From contig OY760935.1 in assembly GCA_963664295.1 (NCBI GenBank), positions 1,120,001 to 1,184,000 of the forward strand: a DNA stretch of 64,000 nucleotides, given 5' to 3'. The notes under the pieces were generated by a model that made no database searches, had not been told where the DNA came from, and saw nothing but the letters and a program-made list of their open reading frames with translations. This DNA comes from Candidatus Altimarinota bacterium (lineage in GTDB: Bacteria > Patescibacteriota > Gracilibacteria > CAIRYL01 > GCA-016699755). The position numbers were made by a program, and so were the translations under genes. Below, piece by piece: positions 8,651 to 21,000 of the stretch; the first letter of the stretch is position 1; each line of letters opens with the position of its first letter.

Positions 8651-10582
8651 ATGTCAAAAATAATTGGAATTGATCTAGGTACAACAAATTCTTGTATGGC
8701 TGTTATGGAAGGTGGTGAGCCAACTGTAATTACAAACGCAGAAGGCCAGCGAACAACTCCGTCTGTGGTTTCTGCAAAAGATGGTGAGCGCCTTGTTGGT
8801 TTAACAGCAAAAAGACAATCAATAACCAACCCAAAAGAAACAATATTCTCAGCAAAAAGACTAATAGGTCGTCAATATGACGAAGTAAAATCAGAACTAA
8901 AAACACTCCCATACGAAGTAAAAAAAGGAAAAAACGGAGAATGTGAAATAGTGTTTGAAGGCAAAGAATTAAGACCAGCAGAAATTTCTGCAATGGTGCT
9001 TAGAAAATTAAAAGCAGACGCCGAAGCTTTTCTTGGAGAAGAGGTAAAAGAAGCAGTAATCACAGTGCCAGCTTATTTTAATGATTCCCAAAGACAAGCC
9101 ACAAAAGACGCAGGTAAAATCGCAGGATTAGATGTAAAAAGAATAATCAACGAACCAACAGCAGCCGCACTTGCCTATGGTTTAGATAAAAAAACAGAAA
9201 ATAAAAAAGTAGCTGTTTTTGATCTTGGTGGTGGTACTTTTGATGTTTCTATTCTTGAACTTGGTGATGGAGTTTTTGAAGTAATTTCAACAAACGGAGA
9301 CACTCACCTTGGTGGTGATGATTTTGATCAAGAGATAATCAATTACATTCTTGAAGAATTTAAAAACAAAGAAGGAGTAGATCTCACAAAAGATGAAATG
9401 GCGCTTCAGAGAGTAAAAAAAGCAGCAGAAGATGCAAAAAAAGAACTTTCAACCTCAACAGAAGTAGAAATAAACGAACCATTTATCACAGCAGATCAAA
9501 GCGGACCAAAACATCTAACAATGAAAATGTCTCGCTCAAAACTTGAACAATTAGTAGGAGATTTATTGGAACGCACAATCGAACCATGCAAAAAAGCATT
9601 AAAAGATGCAAAATTGGACACAAAAGACATTGCAGATGTAATTCTTGTTGGCGGTATGACTCGTATGCCAGCAGTACAAGAAACAGTAAAAAAGTTTTTT
9701 GGCAAAGATCCGCACAAAGGCGTAAATCCAGATGAAGTAGTAGCAATGGGTGCCGCAATCCAAGGAGGAGTATTAAGAGGTGATGTCAAAGACGTTGTAC
9801 TTCTTGATGTGACTCCACTTTCTTTAGGTATTGAGACATTGGGAGGTGTAGCCACAAAATTAATTGAAAGAAACACAACAATTCCAAGTTCAAAATCACA
9901 AATTTTTTCAACAGCAGCAGACAATCAGCCAAGTGTAGAAGTTCATGTTGTGCAAGGAGAGCGCGAAATGGCAGTAGACAACAAGTCTCTTGGTAAATTT
10001 ATGCTCGACGGTATTCCACCAGCACCAAGAGGTGTTCCTCAGATAGAAGTGACATTCGATATTGATGCAAATGGTATTCTAAATGTTACAGCAAAAGATA
10101 AAGCAACAGGAAAATCACAAAATATCACAATTAAAGATTCATCAGGATTATCTGAAGAAGAAGTAGAAAAAATGCGCAAAGACGCCGAATCACACGCAGA
10201 AGAAGACAAGAAAAAACGCGAACAAATAGACTCAAAAAACAAATTAGACTCAGAAATTTTCCAAGCAGAAAAATTAATCAAAGATGGCGAAGGAAAAGTA
10301 GAAAAAGCCATGCTTGATGAACTTGCCGAAGCAAAGAAAAAAGCCGAAGAAGTCTTGAAAGACGAAAAAGCAGATGGAGAAAAATATGAAGAAGCCTCAA
10401 AAGAATTAATGGAAGTACTTCAAAAAGTAGGTACAGAAATGTACAAAAAAGCCCAAGAAGAAGCACAAGCCGAAGAAGCAGAAAAAAAAGAAGGCGAAGA
10501 AAGTAAGGAAGATGAAAAAGTAGTAGATGCTGAGGTAGTAGATGAAGAAAAAGAAGATAAAAAAGACGAAGAAGAAAAGTAA
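8651..10582 (+). CDS. dnaK: Chaperone DnaK (Hsp70)
   Basis: [37 protein letters not shown]. Confidence 0.99.
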   Translation: MSKIIGIDLGTTNSCMAVMEGGEPTVITNAEGQRTTPSVVSAKDGERLVGLTAKRQSITNPKETIFSAKRLIGRQYDEVKSELKTLPYEVKKGKNGECEIVFEGKELRPAEISAMVLRKLKADAEAFLGEEVKEAVITVPAYFNDSQRQATKDAGKIAGLDVKRIINEPTAAALAYGLDKKTENKKVAVFDLGGGTFDVSILELGDGVFEVISTNGDTHLGGDDFDQEIINYILEEFKNKEGVDLTKDEMALQRVKKAAEDAKKELSTSTEVEINEPFITADQSGPKHLTMKMSRSKLEQLVGDLLERTIEPCKKALKDAKLDTKDIADVILVGGMTRMPAVQETVKKFFGKDPHKGVNPDEVVAMGAAIQGGVLRGDVKDVVLLDVTPLSLGIETLGGVATKLIERNTTIPSSKSQIFSTAADNQPSVEVHVVQGEREMAVDNKSLGKFMLDGIPPAPRGVPQIEVTFDIDANGILNVTAKDKATGKSQNITIKDSSGLSEEEVEKMRKDAESHAEEDKKKREQIDSKNKLDSEIFQAEKLIKDGEGKVEKAMLDELAEAKKKAEEVLKDEKADGEKYEEASKELMEVLQKVGTEMYKKAQEEAQAEEAEKKEGEESKEDEKVVDAEVVDEEKEDKKDEEEK

Positions 10583-10605
10583 AGTTTATTCACATTAAGC
10601 ATTTT

Positions 10606-10634
10606 AAAAAGCGATTAAAATCAGGTCGCTTTTT
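10606..10634. terminator. Bidirectional intrinsic terminator between dnaK and the RluA-family gene
   Basis: AAAAAGCGAT-loop-GTCGCTTTTT between convergent genes. Confidence 0.65.
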
Positions 10635-11583
10635 ATTTTAATAAGCTTAATAAATCCTCACCCAACTCCGCCTCCAAAACAATTTTCTTCTCAGTCTCCG
10701 GATGAACAAATTCCAATTTTTTCGCATGAAGAAACTGCCTTTTTAAACCAGTTTTTTTGCGCATTGTCTTGTTCCATTCAAAATCACCATGCTGAGAATC
10801 CATCAAAACCGGATGACCCAAATTAGCAAAATGCACCCTTATTTGATGAGTCCTGCCAGTTTGAATCTCCACTTCCAACAAAGAAAAATCAGCAAATTCC
10901 TTAACAAGTTTATATTTAGTGATAGCAGTTTTTGCCTCTCTTTTTGTTGAAACCCGCACTCCACTGTGATCACGCAAAATTTTATCCGTAATAATCCCAG
11001 ATTTTTCTTTTAATTTTCCTTTTACAGCAGTGTAGTAAATTTTTTTCACACCATCACCGCGTAAAAGAGCAGTTACTTTTCGTAAAGCACTATTGTTTTT
11101 ACAAATAATCACCAAGCCAGAGGTATCTTTGTCCAACCTATGTGCCAATCGTGGTTCAGGTGTATCAGAATTATTCGCAAGAACATAAGCACAAGCAAGG
11201 TCAATTAGATTTTGACCAAACTTGGTTCCACTTCCCGGATGCACAGCCAATCCAGCAGGCTTGTTCACAACCAACAAAAAGTCGTCTTCAAAAATAATTT
11301 TAAAATTTTTTTTATAAAAATTAGATCCAAAAATAGCTTTAAAATCAGGTTTTTTAAGATCAGGTTTTTGCTCATTTACAGCTAATTTACCAAGAAAAAC
11401 CTTGATATTATCTCCAATTTTTAAAATTTGTTCTTTTTTTGCAGGTTTATTGTTGATTTTTACTTCTTTTTTACGGAAAAGTTTATAAATCAAAGAAAGT
11501 GGAAAATCTTTAAATTCTTTTTTTAAAAAACGGTCAATTCTTTGCCCTTCGTCGTTTTTTGTGATCTTAAATTCCTTAATCAT
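10633..11583 (-). CDS. RluA/RluC/RluD-family 23S rRNA pseudouridine synthase
   Basis: S4 domain (QRIDRFL), NKPAGLAVHP, HRLDKDTSG, TGRTHQIRVH. Confidence 0.95.
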   Translation of the reverse strand: MIKEFKITKNDEGQRIDRFLKKEFKDFPLSLIYKLFRKKEVKINNKPAKKEQILKIGDNIKVFLGKLAVNEQKPDLKKPDFKAIFGSNFYKKNFKIIFEDDFLLVVNKPAGLAVHPGSGTKFGQNLIDLACAYVLANNSDTPEPRLAHRLDKDTSGLVIICKNNSALRKVTALLRGDGVKKIYYTAVKGKLKEKSGIITDKILRDHSGVRVSTKREAKTAITKYKLVKEFADFSLLEVEIQTGRTHQIRVHFANLGHPVLMDSQHGDFEWNKTMRKKTGLKRQFLHAKKLEFVHPETEKKIVLEAELGEDLLSLLK

Positions 11584-11678
11584 AAATAAAATAATCGAGG
11601 GAATTTTAACTTATTTTTCAAAAAAAAGCTTGCTTTTGGCAGTTTTTTTGGTTAAATTATGCAAGCTGATTATTTTTT

Positions 11679-11755
11679 GGGCGCGTAGCTCAGTTGGCTA
11701 GAGCATCTCGTTTACACCGAGGAGGTCGGGGGTTCGAATCCCTCCGCGCCCACCA
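11679..11755 (+). tRNA. tRNA-Val(TAC)
   Basis: GGGCGCG/CGCGCCC acceptor, anticodon loop TTTACAC, TTCGAAT T-loop, CCA. Confidence 0.97.
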
Positions 11756-12078
11756 TTTAAAAACAATTCATGCGAAGCATGGATTTTTTTTAAATTATGA
11801 CACAGGATTGAACCCCCGACCTCCTATCTAATTAAAAAGTCGGGGGTGTTTTGAAGCGGTTTGTTTTTGCAAAGCAAAACAAAAAGCGGAAAACGAATCC
11901 CTCCGCGCCCACCATTTAAAAACAATTCATGCGAAGCATGGATTTTTTTTAAATTATGACACAGGATTGAACCCCCGACCTCCTATCTAATTAAAAAGTC
12001 GGGGGTGTTTTGAAGCGGTTTGTTTTTGCAAAGCAAAACAAAAAGCGGAAAACGAATCCCTCCGCGCCCACCATTTAA
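11735..12078 (+). repeat. 159-bp tandem repeat (about 2.2 copies) anchored on the tRNA-Val 3' end
   Basis: CGAATCCCTCCGCGCCCACCATTTAA starts at 11735, 11894 and 12053; the intervening sequences appear identical. Confidence 0.95.
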
Positions 12079-12153
12079 GATTTTATTATTTTATTTGATG
12101 TTTAATTAAAAAATTTTAAAATAAAATAAATTAAAAATATTTAATTACAAATT

Positions 12154-12642
12154 ATGAAAAAATTTACACTATTACTGTTAACAGTATTGTTTTTAACAGC
12201 TTGTATAAACCAAAAAGAGCCGATTTTTAAGGAAATTATCATTGGTGAAGAAATTTTTGGAGATTACCCAGCAGTACTTTTAAATTTGCGCACCGGTGAA
12301 ACAATAAAAATATCAAACAATTTTACAAAAGAAGCTGGTGAAATAGATGCAGACTTGTGGATTGAGCCAGGTGATCCAGAAATTGCTTGCCTAGAAGATG
12401 GCTTTGAGGACAAAGAACACAAAGGAGAAGACACAAAGCTAAAAGTAATTGGAGATAGTTTTGGAAATATTAGCCTCAATTCTGTAAAAAATATTCAATT
12501 AACAGACAATGACATAAGCAGAGATGATATTATAGAAGGTGTAGTTTTTGTTGTACAAGCAAGCGATAAATCATTATATAAAGTGCAAGCTGATTTTTTC
12601 CCTTTTGACGAGGAAATAAAAATAAAATATGAAAAATTGTAA
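12154..12642 (+). CDS. Lipoprotein of unknown function
   Basis: MKKFTLLLLTVLFLTA|C lipobox; acidic mature region. Confidence 0.8.
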   Translation: MKKFTLLLLTVLFLTACINQKEPIFKEIIIGEEIFGDYPAVLLNLRTGETIKISNNFTKEAGEIDADLWIEPGDPEIACLEDGFEDKEHKGEDTKLKVIGDSFGNISLNSVKNIQLTDNDISRDDIIEGVVFVVQASDKSLYKVQADFFPFDEEIKIKYEKL

Positions 12643-12711
12643 TTTTGAGTAATTCATAAACAAAAATCAAAATAATTATCCTATACAATAAGCAGGATTT
12701 TTGTTTTAATT

Positions 12712-13347
12712 ATGGAGATTTTTTCAATAAAAATGCCAGAAAAAAAGATAAAAGAAAAAGTTTTAAAAAAGATAAAAAAAGATTTAACCTTTGCTATTGG
12801 AGCGATTGTAGTTGGTGCTATTGGTTCACTAATTCTATGGCAAATTGGTTATGTAGCTTTGCTCGCAGTAGTTATTTTTTTTGTTGGCTTGTATGAACTT
12901 TTTAAGTGCATGGCCAAACTTACAAATTGGCGTTCAGATAAAACCTACTTAAATTGGGAAGCATATGGCAAATCAGATCTTGTTTTAGAAGAAATAGAAA
13001 AGATTATAGAAAAATTAGAAAAACAATTTGATTTCAAGATTTTTTGTATTTCTGATGGTTGGCTAATTAACCCTGTAGAATGGTTATTTGTAAAACTTGA
13101 GGATATTAATTGGGTTTATTTAAATAAAGAAGATCCAAAGCAAAAAGATGAGGCTGCAGAAATTTTTGTAAATACTAATTTTGGCATACAAATCCCCATT
13201 CTTTGCGCTGCTATAAATGTTCCCCAAATAGATAATCCAGCGAAAGCCACCGTGCTTGCATTAGCCACAATAAAACAAGAAGCAAAGAAGGCTGTTTTTG
13301 GTTTTTCTGATAAAACAAAAGATAAATGGGAGACGGGCAATTTGTAA
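12712..13347 (+). CDS. Membrane protein with 2 TM segments and a soluble C-terminal domain
   Basis: Two adjacent hydrophobic segments (aa ~26-63). Confidence 0.7.
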   Translation: MEIFSIKMPEKKIKEKVLKKIKKDLTFAIGAIVVGAIGSLILWQIGYVALLAVVIFFVGLYELFKCMAKLTNWRSDKTYLNWEAYGKSDLVLEEIEKIIEKLEKQFDFKIFCISDGWLINPVEWLFVKLEDINWVYLNKEDPKQKDEAAEIFVNTNFGIQIPILCAAINVPQIDNPAKATVLALATIKQEAKKAVFGFSDKTKDKWETGNL

Positions 13348-13400
13348 TCCCCATTGCCTAAAAACCCACACATATATTATATTATCCAGGCATAAAAAGT

Positions 13401-13475
13401 GCCATCGTAGCTCAGGGGTAGAGCATTCCCATGGTAAGGGAAAGGTCATGGGTTCAAATCCCATCGATGGCTCCA
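13401..13475 (+). tRNA. tRNA-Thr(GGT)
   Basis: GCCATCG/CGATGGC acceptor, anticodon loop ATGGTAA, TTCAAAT T-loop, CCA. Confidence 0.96.
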
Positions 13476-13483
13476 TTTTCATT

Positions 13484-13555
13484 GGGGGCTCACGTCGCCC
13501 CCCTCAGTGGCAAAGCCACTGAGCCTCCCCCCTCTCGCTCGCGCAAGCGCTCGCT
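13484..13555. repeat. GC-rich multi-hairpin REP-like element downstream of tRNA-Thr
   Basis: GGGGGC..GCCCCC; CTCAGTGGC-AAA-GCCACTGAG; CGCTCGCGCAAGCGCTCGC in a very AT-rich background. Confidence 0.7.
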
Positions 13556-13711
13556 ATTTTTTTATGCCCAAAAAACAAATACAGCTTGAGCGCAAGTTTT
13601 GTTCGTTTTGTGCTAATTTATCGGGGATTTGCGTCATTTTTTTCACCGGCAAAGCATATTCTCTCTTCGTCCAGCTAAAATTTCACTTTTCATTTAAAGC
13701 AATTCAAAAAA

Positions 13712-14098
13712 TTATATATTTTCCCCAGCCTCTTCAATACTAGGATATATTTTATAAAAATTACTAAGTCCAACAACATTCACAATATCCACAATATTTT
13801 CAGAAGCCCTAGCAATTACAATTTTGCCACCTTTTTTTTCAATTTTTTTATAAAAGTCTATAAAATAGCCAATACTGCGTGAGTTCATAAAAGAAACATG
13901 CTTAAAATCAACAATAAACCCAGTGCCTTCTTCATTGCTATCAATAAGCTTGTAAAATTCTTCAGCAATTTTTTCAGAACTGGTTTCATCAAGCTGACCA
14001 GTAAGCTCAATCAAAATAATCACTTTATCTTGTGAATTTTTTAGCCTTTGTGATTTTATGTTTGCGTTCAAAAAGCCATTTGTTAAATCGTTCTTCAT
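13712..14098 (-). CDS. STAS-domain anti-sigma-factor antagonist
   Basis: LTGQLD, IVDFKHVSFMNSRSIG (phospho-Ser site), YPSIEEA. Confidence 0.9.
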   Translation of the reverse strand: MKNDLTNGFLNANIKSQRLKNSQDKVIILIELTGQLDETSSEKIAEEFYKLIDSNEEGTGFIVDFKHVSFMNSRSIGYFIDFYKKIEKKGGKIVIARASENIVDIVNVVGLSNFYKIYPSIEEAGENI

Positions 14099-14146
14099 TA
14101 TAAACAGATTATTTTTTTCTTTTAATACTTTTTTCTAAAAAAAATG

Positions 14147-14174
14147 TTGACAAATCTATTTTAATTCTTAAAAT
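14147..14174 (+). promoter_or_regulatory. Promoter of the 23S-5S operon
   Basis: TTGACA (14147-14152), 16 bp spacer, TAAAAT (14169-14174). Confidence 0.7.
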
Positions 14175-14260
14175 GGTTATGCTCTGACTAATTAAAAACT
14201 ATGAGCTTATTTTTTCCACCCGGCAGTTGAAAATGTAAATTATCTATTTTCTGCTGACGG

Positions 14261-14297
14261 GTGGGCGAAAGTCCCACTCTTTTTTTGCTCCTTAACA
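14261..14297 (+). promoter_or_regulatory. rrn antitermination boxB hairpin and boxA
   Basis: GTGGGC-GAAA-GTCCCAC hairpin followed by TGCTCCTTAACA (one mismatch to boxA TGCTCTTTAACA). Confidence 0.7.
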
Positions 14298-14525
14298 TCA
14301 CCGGAATCGATATCAAATAACCAAATAACTATTATTTATTTATCTCTTCCTTGAATAAATAAATAAAAATTTTAAGTAAAATTGATTAATTATAATTATC
14401 GATTAATCAATTTAAGTAATTAAGGCAATTTTAAAAATTTTAAATAAATTCTTGAAGACTGCCTGTCAAGCAAGGTTTTCGGAATTTTAACAGACTTTAG
14501 TCTGTTTATATATTCTGTTTAATTG

Positions 14526-17522
<2,997 letters not shown>

Positions 17523-17609
17523 TGAGTTAAACAGATCTCCGAAATCTTGTTTGACGGGCAATCTTTGAGAATTTTAAAATTAATTGATATCAAATATTTG
17601 AGTATATAA

Positions 17610-17725
17610 TCCTGGTGCTTACTGCGGAGGGGGTACACCTGTCTCCATTTCGAACACAGCAGTTAAGCCCTCCAGCGCCGATGGTACTTGGGAGTAAGCC
17701 CTGGAAGAGTAGGTCAGCGCCAGGA
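17610..17725 (+). rRNA. rrf: 5S rRNA
   Basis: TCCTGGTG...CGCCAGGA terminal helix; CGAACACAGCAGTTAAGC, GCCGATGGTACT, GAGTAGGTC. Confidence 0.96.
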
Positions 17726-17747
17726 CTATATACTCAAAAAAATAACG

Positions 17748-17773
17748 AAAACACCTAAAAAAGGTGTTTTTTT
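17748..17773 (+). terminator. rRNA operon terminator
   Basis: AAAACACCT-AAAAA-AGGTGTTTTTTT. Confidence 0.8.
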
Positions 17774-17788
17774 ATATCCTAAAAGCCC

Positions 17789-17816
17789 TTGACAAATTTA
17801 AATTAAATAATATAAT
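17789..17816 (+). promoter_or_regulatory. Sigma70 promoter
   Basis: TTGACA, 16 bp spacer, TATAAT, about 20 bp before the ATG at 17838. Confidence 0.7.
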
Positions 17817-17837
17817 AAAAAACTTTCTCAAAAAGCC

Positions 17838-18059
17838 ATGACTAAAAATTTAAAAAATTCATTAAATATTAATGATTTTGTGCAATCATTAATTAATTTT
17901 TATGAAATGGCTAATGAAAAAAATGATAATGAGAAAAAAACACTTACAGTTCCTTCGCATTTAGTACCAAAAGGCATCAGAACAAAAGTCGCTGAAAAAT
18001 TTAAAGCCAAAAAAGGAATTAAATTAGTTTATCAAAAAATGGACAAGCTAAATTATTAA
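17838..18059 (+). CDS. Small hypothetical protein
   Basis: 73-aa ORF directly behind a consensus promoter. Confidence 0.55.
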   Translation: MTKNLKNSLNINDFVQSLINFYEMANEKNDNEKKTLTVPSHLVPKGIRTKVAEKFKAKKGIKLVYQKMDKLNY

Positions 18060-18061
18060 AT

Positions 18062-21000
18062 TTAATCACCATTCCAAACTATCTCCCCAGCATCATTTCC
18101 TCCATGATCTTTTTTGAAAACCTCACGAGCACCCTCTAGTGTTTTGTTTAATGCAGTAGAATTTTTTTGCAAAATAGCTAAAGTCAAAGGCTCAAGTATT
18201 TCAAAAATATCTTCAAGTTTTTGAGGCTCTGCCCTACCGGGATCAACAGCATAAGAAAGCCTGCCTGCCAACAAGTTTTTTAAGTGTTCAAATTTTTCTT
18301 GTGTATCAGGAGCATTTTCATCGCGAACACTAAACAAAGTGCCAAAAAATTCAGGATCAATATTAGTTAAAATCAATCTTAATCTATCAGACATTTCCCC
18401 TGTTGTTAGAGCGTCTTTATTGGTGTCTCCATTATAACCAGGGATACGATTAGTTTTATTGATATCAGACTGACTCATTTGATGATAATCACCTTTTTTG
18501 TAAATTTTTCCATACAAAATAGCATCAGTAGTAGCTATATAACCTGTTTGCCTAGCAAGCCAGGCAGTAAGATCTTCTTTAGACATTTCATGTGAATGAT
18601 TGGCAACATCTGTCATATGCATCAACATACCGTTAATAGCATTAGGATAAAAGGTAGGTACAAATTTAGGATTACCATGATCTGACGCAGTAATGGTTTT
18701 TGCAGAGGTACTATCCCCAATAGAAGCAACCATTGGAGCATAGTCATGATCCCATTTAGCTTGTGAAGATGATTTGATAGTACGCTCTAACACGCGCTTG
18801 CTAGTCATAAAGTTTGTATTAAGCCAATTTCTAAAAGTGACAGGCATTTTACCATTTTCTGTTTCAAACATAGAACCCCATTTTTGATATTCTGCCATTG
18901 TTGGCTCATAAGAAGTAAAGTAATTAATTATTGGTAGATCATTTAAATAAGCATTATCAAGTTTGAGTGCTCTTTCTGGGGTTAAAATTCCCTCTTTAAC
19001 TCCCATAATAATGTAGTAAATTACATCTTCAGCCAACATTTTACCCATAGGAATTGAGTAATCTACAAATTTTTCATAACGCATAGGGTCAACACGAGCT
19101 TTGTCTCCTAATTTTCTTTTTTCTAAAAGCATATTAGCCAAAGCACCTCTTAAATCGTTAGTAAGATTGGCCTCATTATCATAACCATCTTTTTTAGAGT
19201 CATAACTAGAGTTATTGTCTCTATCCAAAGTTCTAAATTCATCATTATCCCAAAAAGCAGCACAAGCTTTTTGGTATTTTTGTTTTAAAACCTGAATATT
19301 TAAGTCATCACCAGGATAAAACCTAACAGGTGCACCACAACGCATAAAAGCGTCTTTAATAATTTGATTACGCCAATCAATCATGCCTTTTTTCGCCAAA
19401 TCTCTCATGCAGGCCTTAAGTACATCTATATTGTTTCCGTTTTGCTCAATTCGTTCATAAACTTGCCAGCCATCCATGTTTTCTAATGGTTCACCATATT
19501 TACTTACTTCTTCTTTTTCTGCTGATTGTGAAAGCAGTCCAAATTCTGCAGCCAAGTCGTCATTGATACCATTAAACATAGCACAACCTGCGTCGCCAGT
19601 TCTTCTTTTGGAATTAGTATTATAGCGTCTTTCAGTATATTCAACATAAGTTTCCCAAAATCTTCTTAAATCTCTAACAGAAAGAAAGGTTGTGCTATCC
19701 CATAAATTTTTAAAATATCCAGGTTGAATATCGCTTTTTTCCGTACTTATAGATAACACTTCAGATGCTTTTCCGTTTAGCTCTTCCATTTTTTTAATTA
19801 CTGCTTCTAGTTCTTCTTCTGTCTTTGCATTTTCCAAAAAAGATTTACAGTTTGCAATAATGTCTTCTGCTCCAGTGGTGAATTCAGTTTTTCCACTTAA
19901 TTTACCTTTTTTAATATCAGCAAGTTTGTTGCGAATTAATTTTTCTTTAACTGTAAACATAGCACGCATTTTTTTAACACGTTTAGGGTCGAGCGTTGAT
20001 CCAGTTTCTATTTCTTCTGCTGCCTCTGATCTCATGTCTCCATGTTGGAAAAATTTTTCCAATAATCCACTTTTAAGATCGTCTTCAGTTGGCAAGAAAT
20101 TTTCCGCACTAATACCAGCTTTTGCTAATTTTTGATCTATTTCATGAGCAATTTTACCAATTTCACCATCAAAATCTTTTGCTAACAAATGCGCAAAAAT
20201 TTCTCGCTCAAAACGAGCCTTTGTTGTTTTAAATCCTTGTTCTCTGCGTTTTGTATTTTCTGTGCTTTTCCATGCTTCAAATCTTTTTTTCCAATCAGCA
20301 AATTCAGGAAAATCCTTAATTGTTGCCATTAATTTTTTGTTTGCTTTTTCATTAGCAAAAAAGTCAACCGCATGAGCAATTTCATGAGCCAATGCTCCGC
20401 CAGTAATCTCACTTTCTTTTAAATAAATTGCATAACCACTGCCTTTTTTGGTGATTTCACCACGCAAATGTTCATGTTTCCATTCATTGTCTGCAATAAT
20501 ATTAAAAACAGGGCTATCATCAGGATTTTTAAAGCTCAATAAATCTTCTTTGTTAATTTGCTCACCGTTGCGAAGTCTGATTAAAAGATTTTTTAATTCC
20601 AAAAATTTTTCTGTTTTTTGGTCAAGTTGAGCCTCTTTGGGTATTAAATCAGCCTTAATATCAGCTAATTCTTCAGTGATTGTGTTTACTTCTGTGCCTA
20701 TTTTTAGCGCTTTTTTGACCTCTTCTGCGGTGCCTGCTCCGCCAAGAGCAACATTATTTTTGCTTAATCTCGTGTTAGCAGTTTTTATGTCATCAGCACT
20801 ATCTTGTAGCCAACTTGAAAAACCTTGTAGTCTCGTTAAATGTAATGGGTCGCCAGCATCTATCATGTTTAATCCTTCATTGCCTGCTGTTCTAAACTTA
20901 GCAACATCCTCCTCATTGGGCACATTTGCCAATGCTTTTTGTGTTTCTTGAAGATCTTTTTTTATTTGCGCTCTTGTATCATTTGGTAAGTCATTTTTTG

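Noticed and set aside
11735-12078. CRISPR array or prophage att sites
   Set aside because: The sequences between the repeats are identical rather than unique spacers, there are no cas genes, and the repeats enclose no genes or integrase
13261-13743. Short ORFs around tRNA-Thr
   Set aside because: They overlap the tRNA and the hairpin element and lack protein-like features
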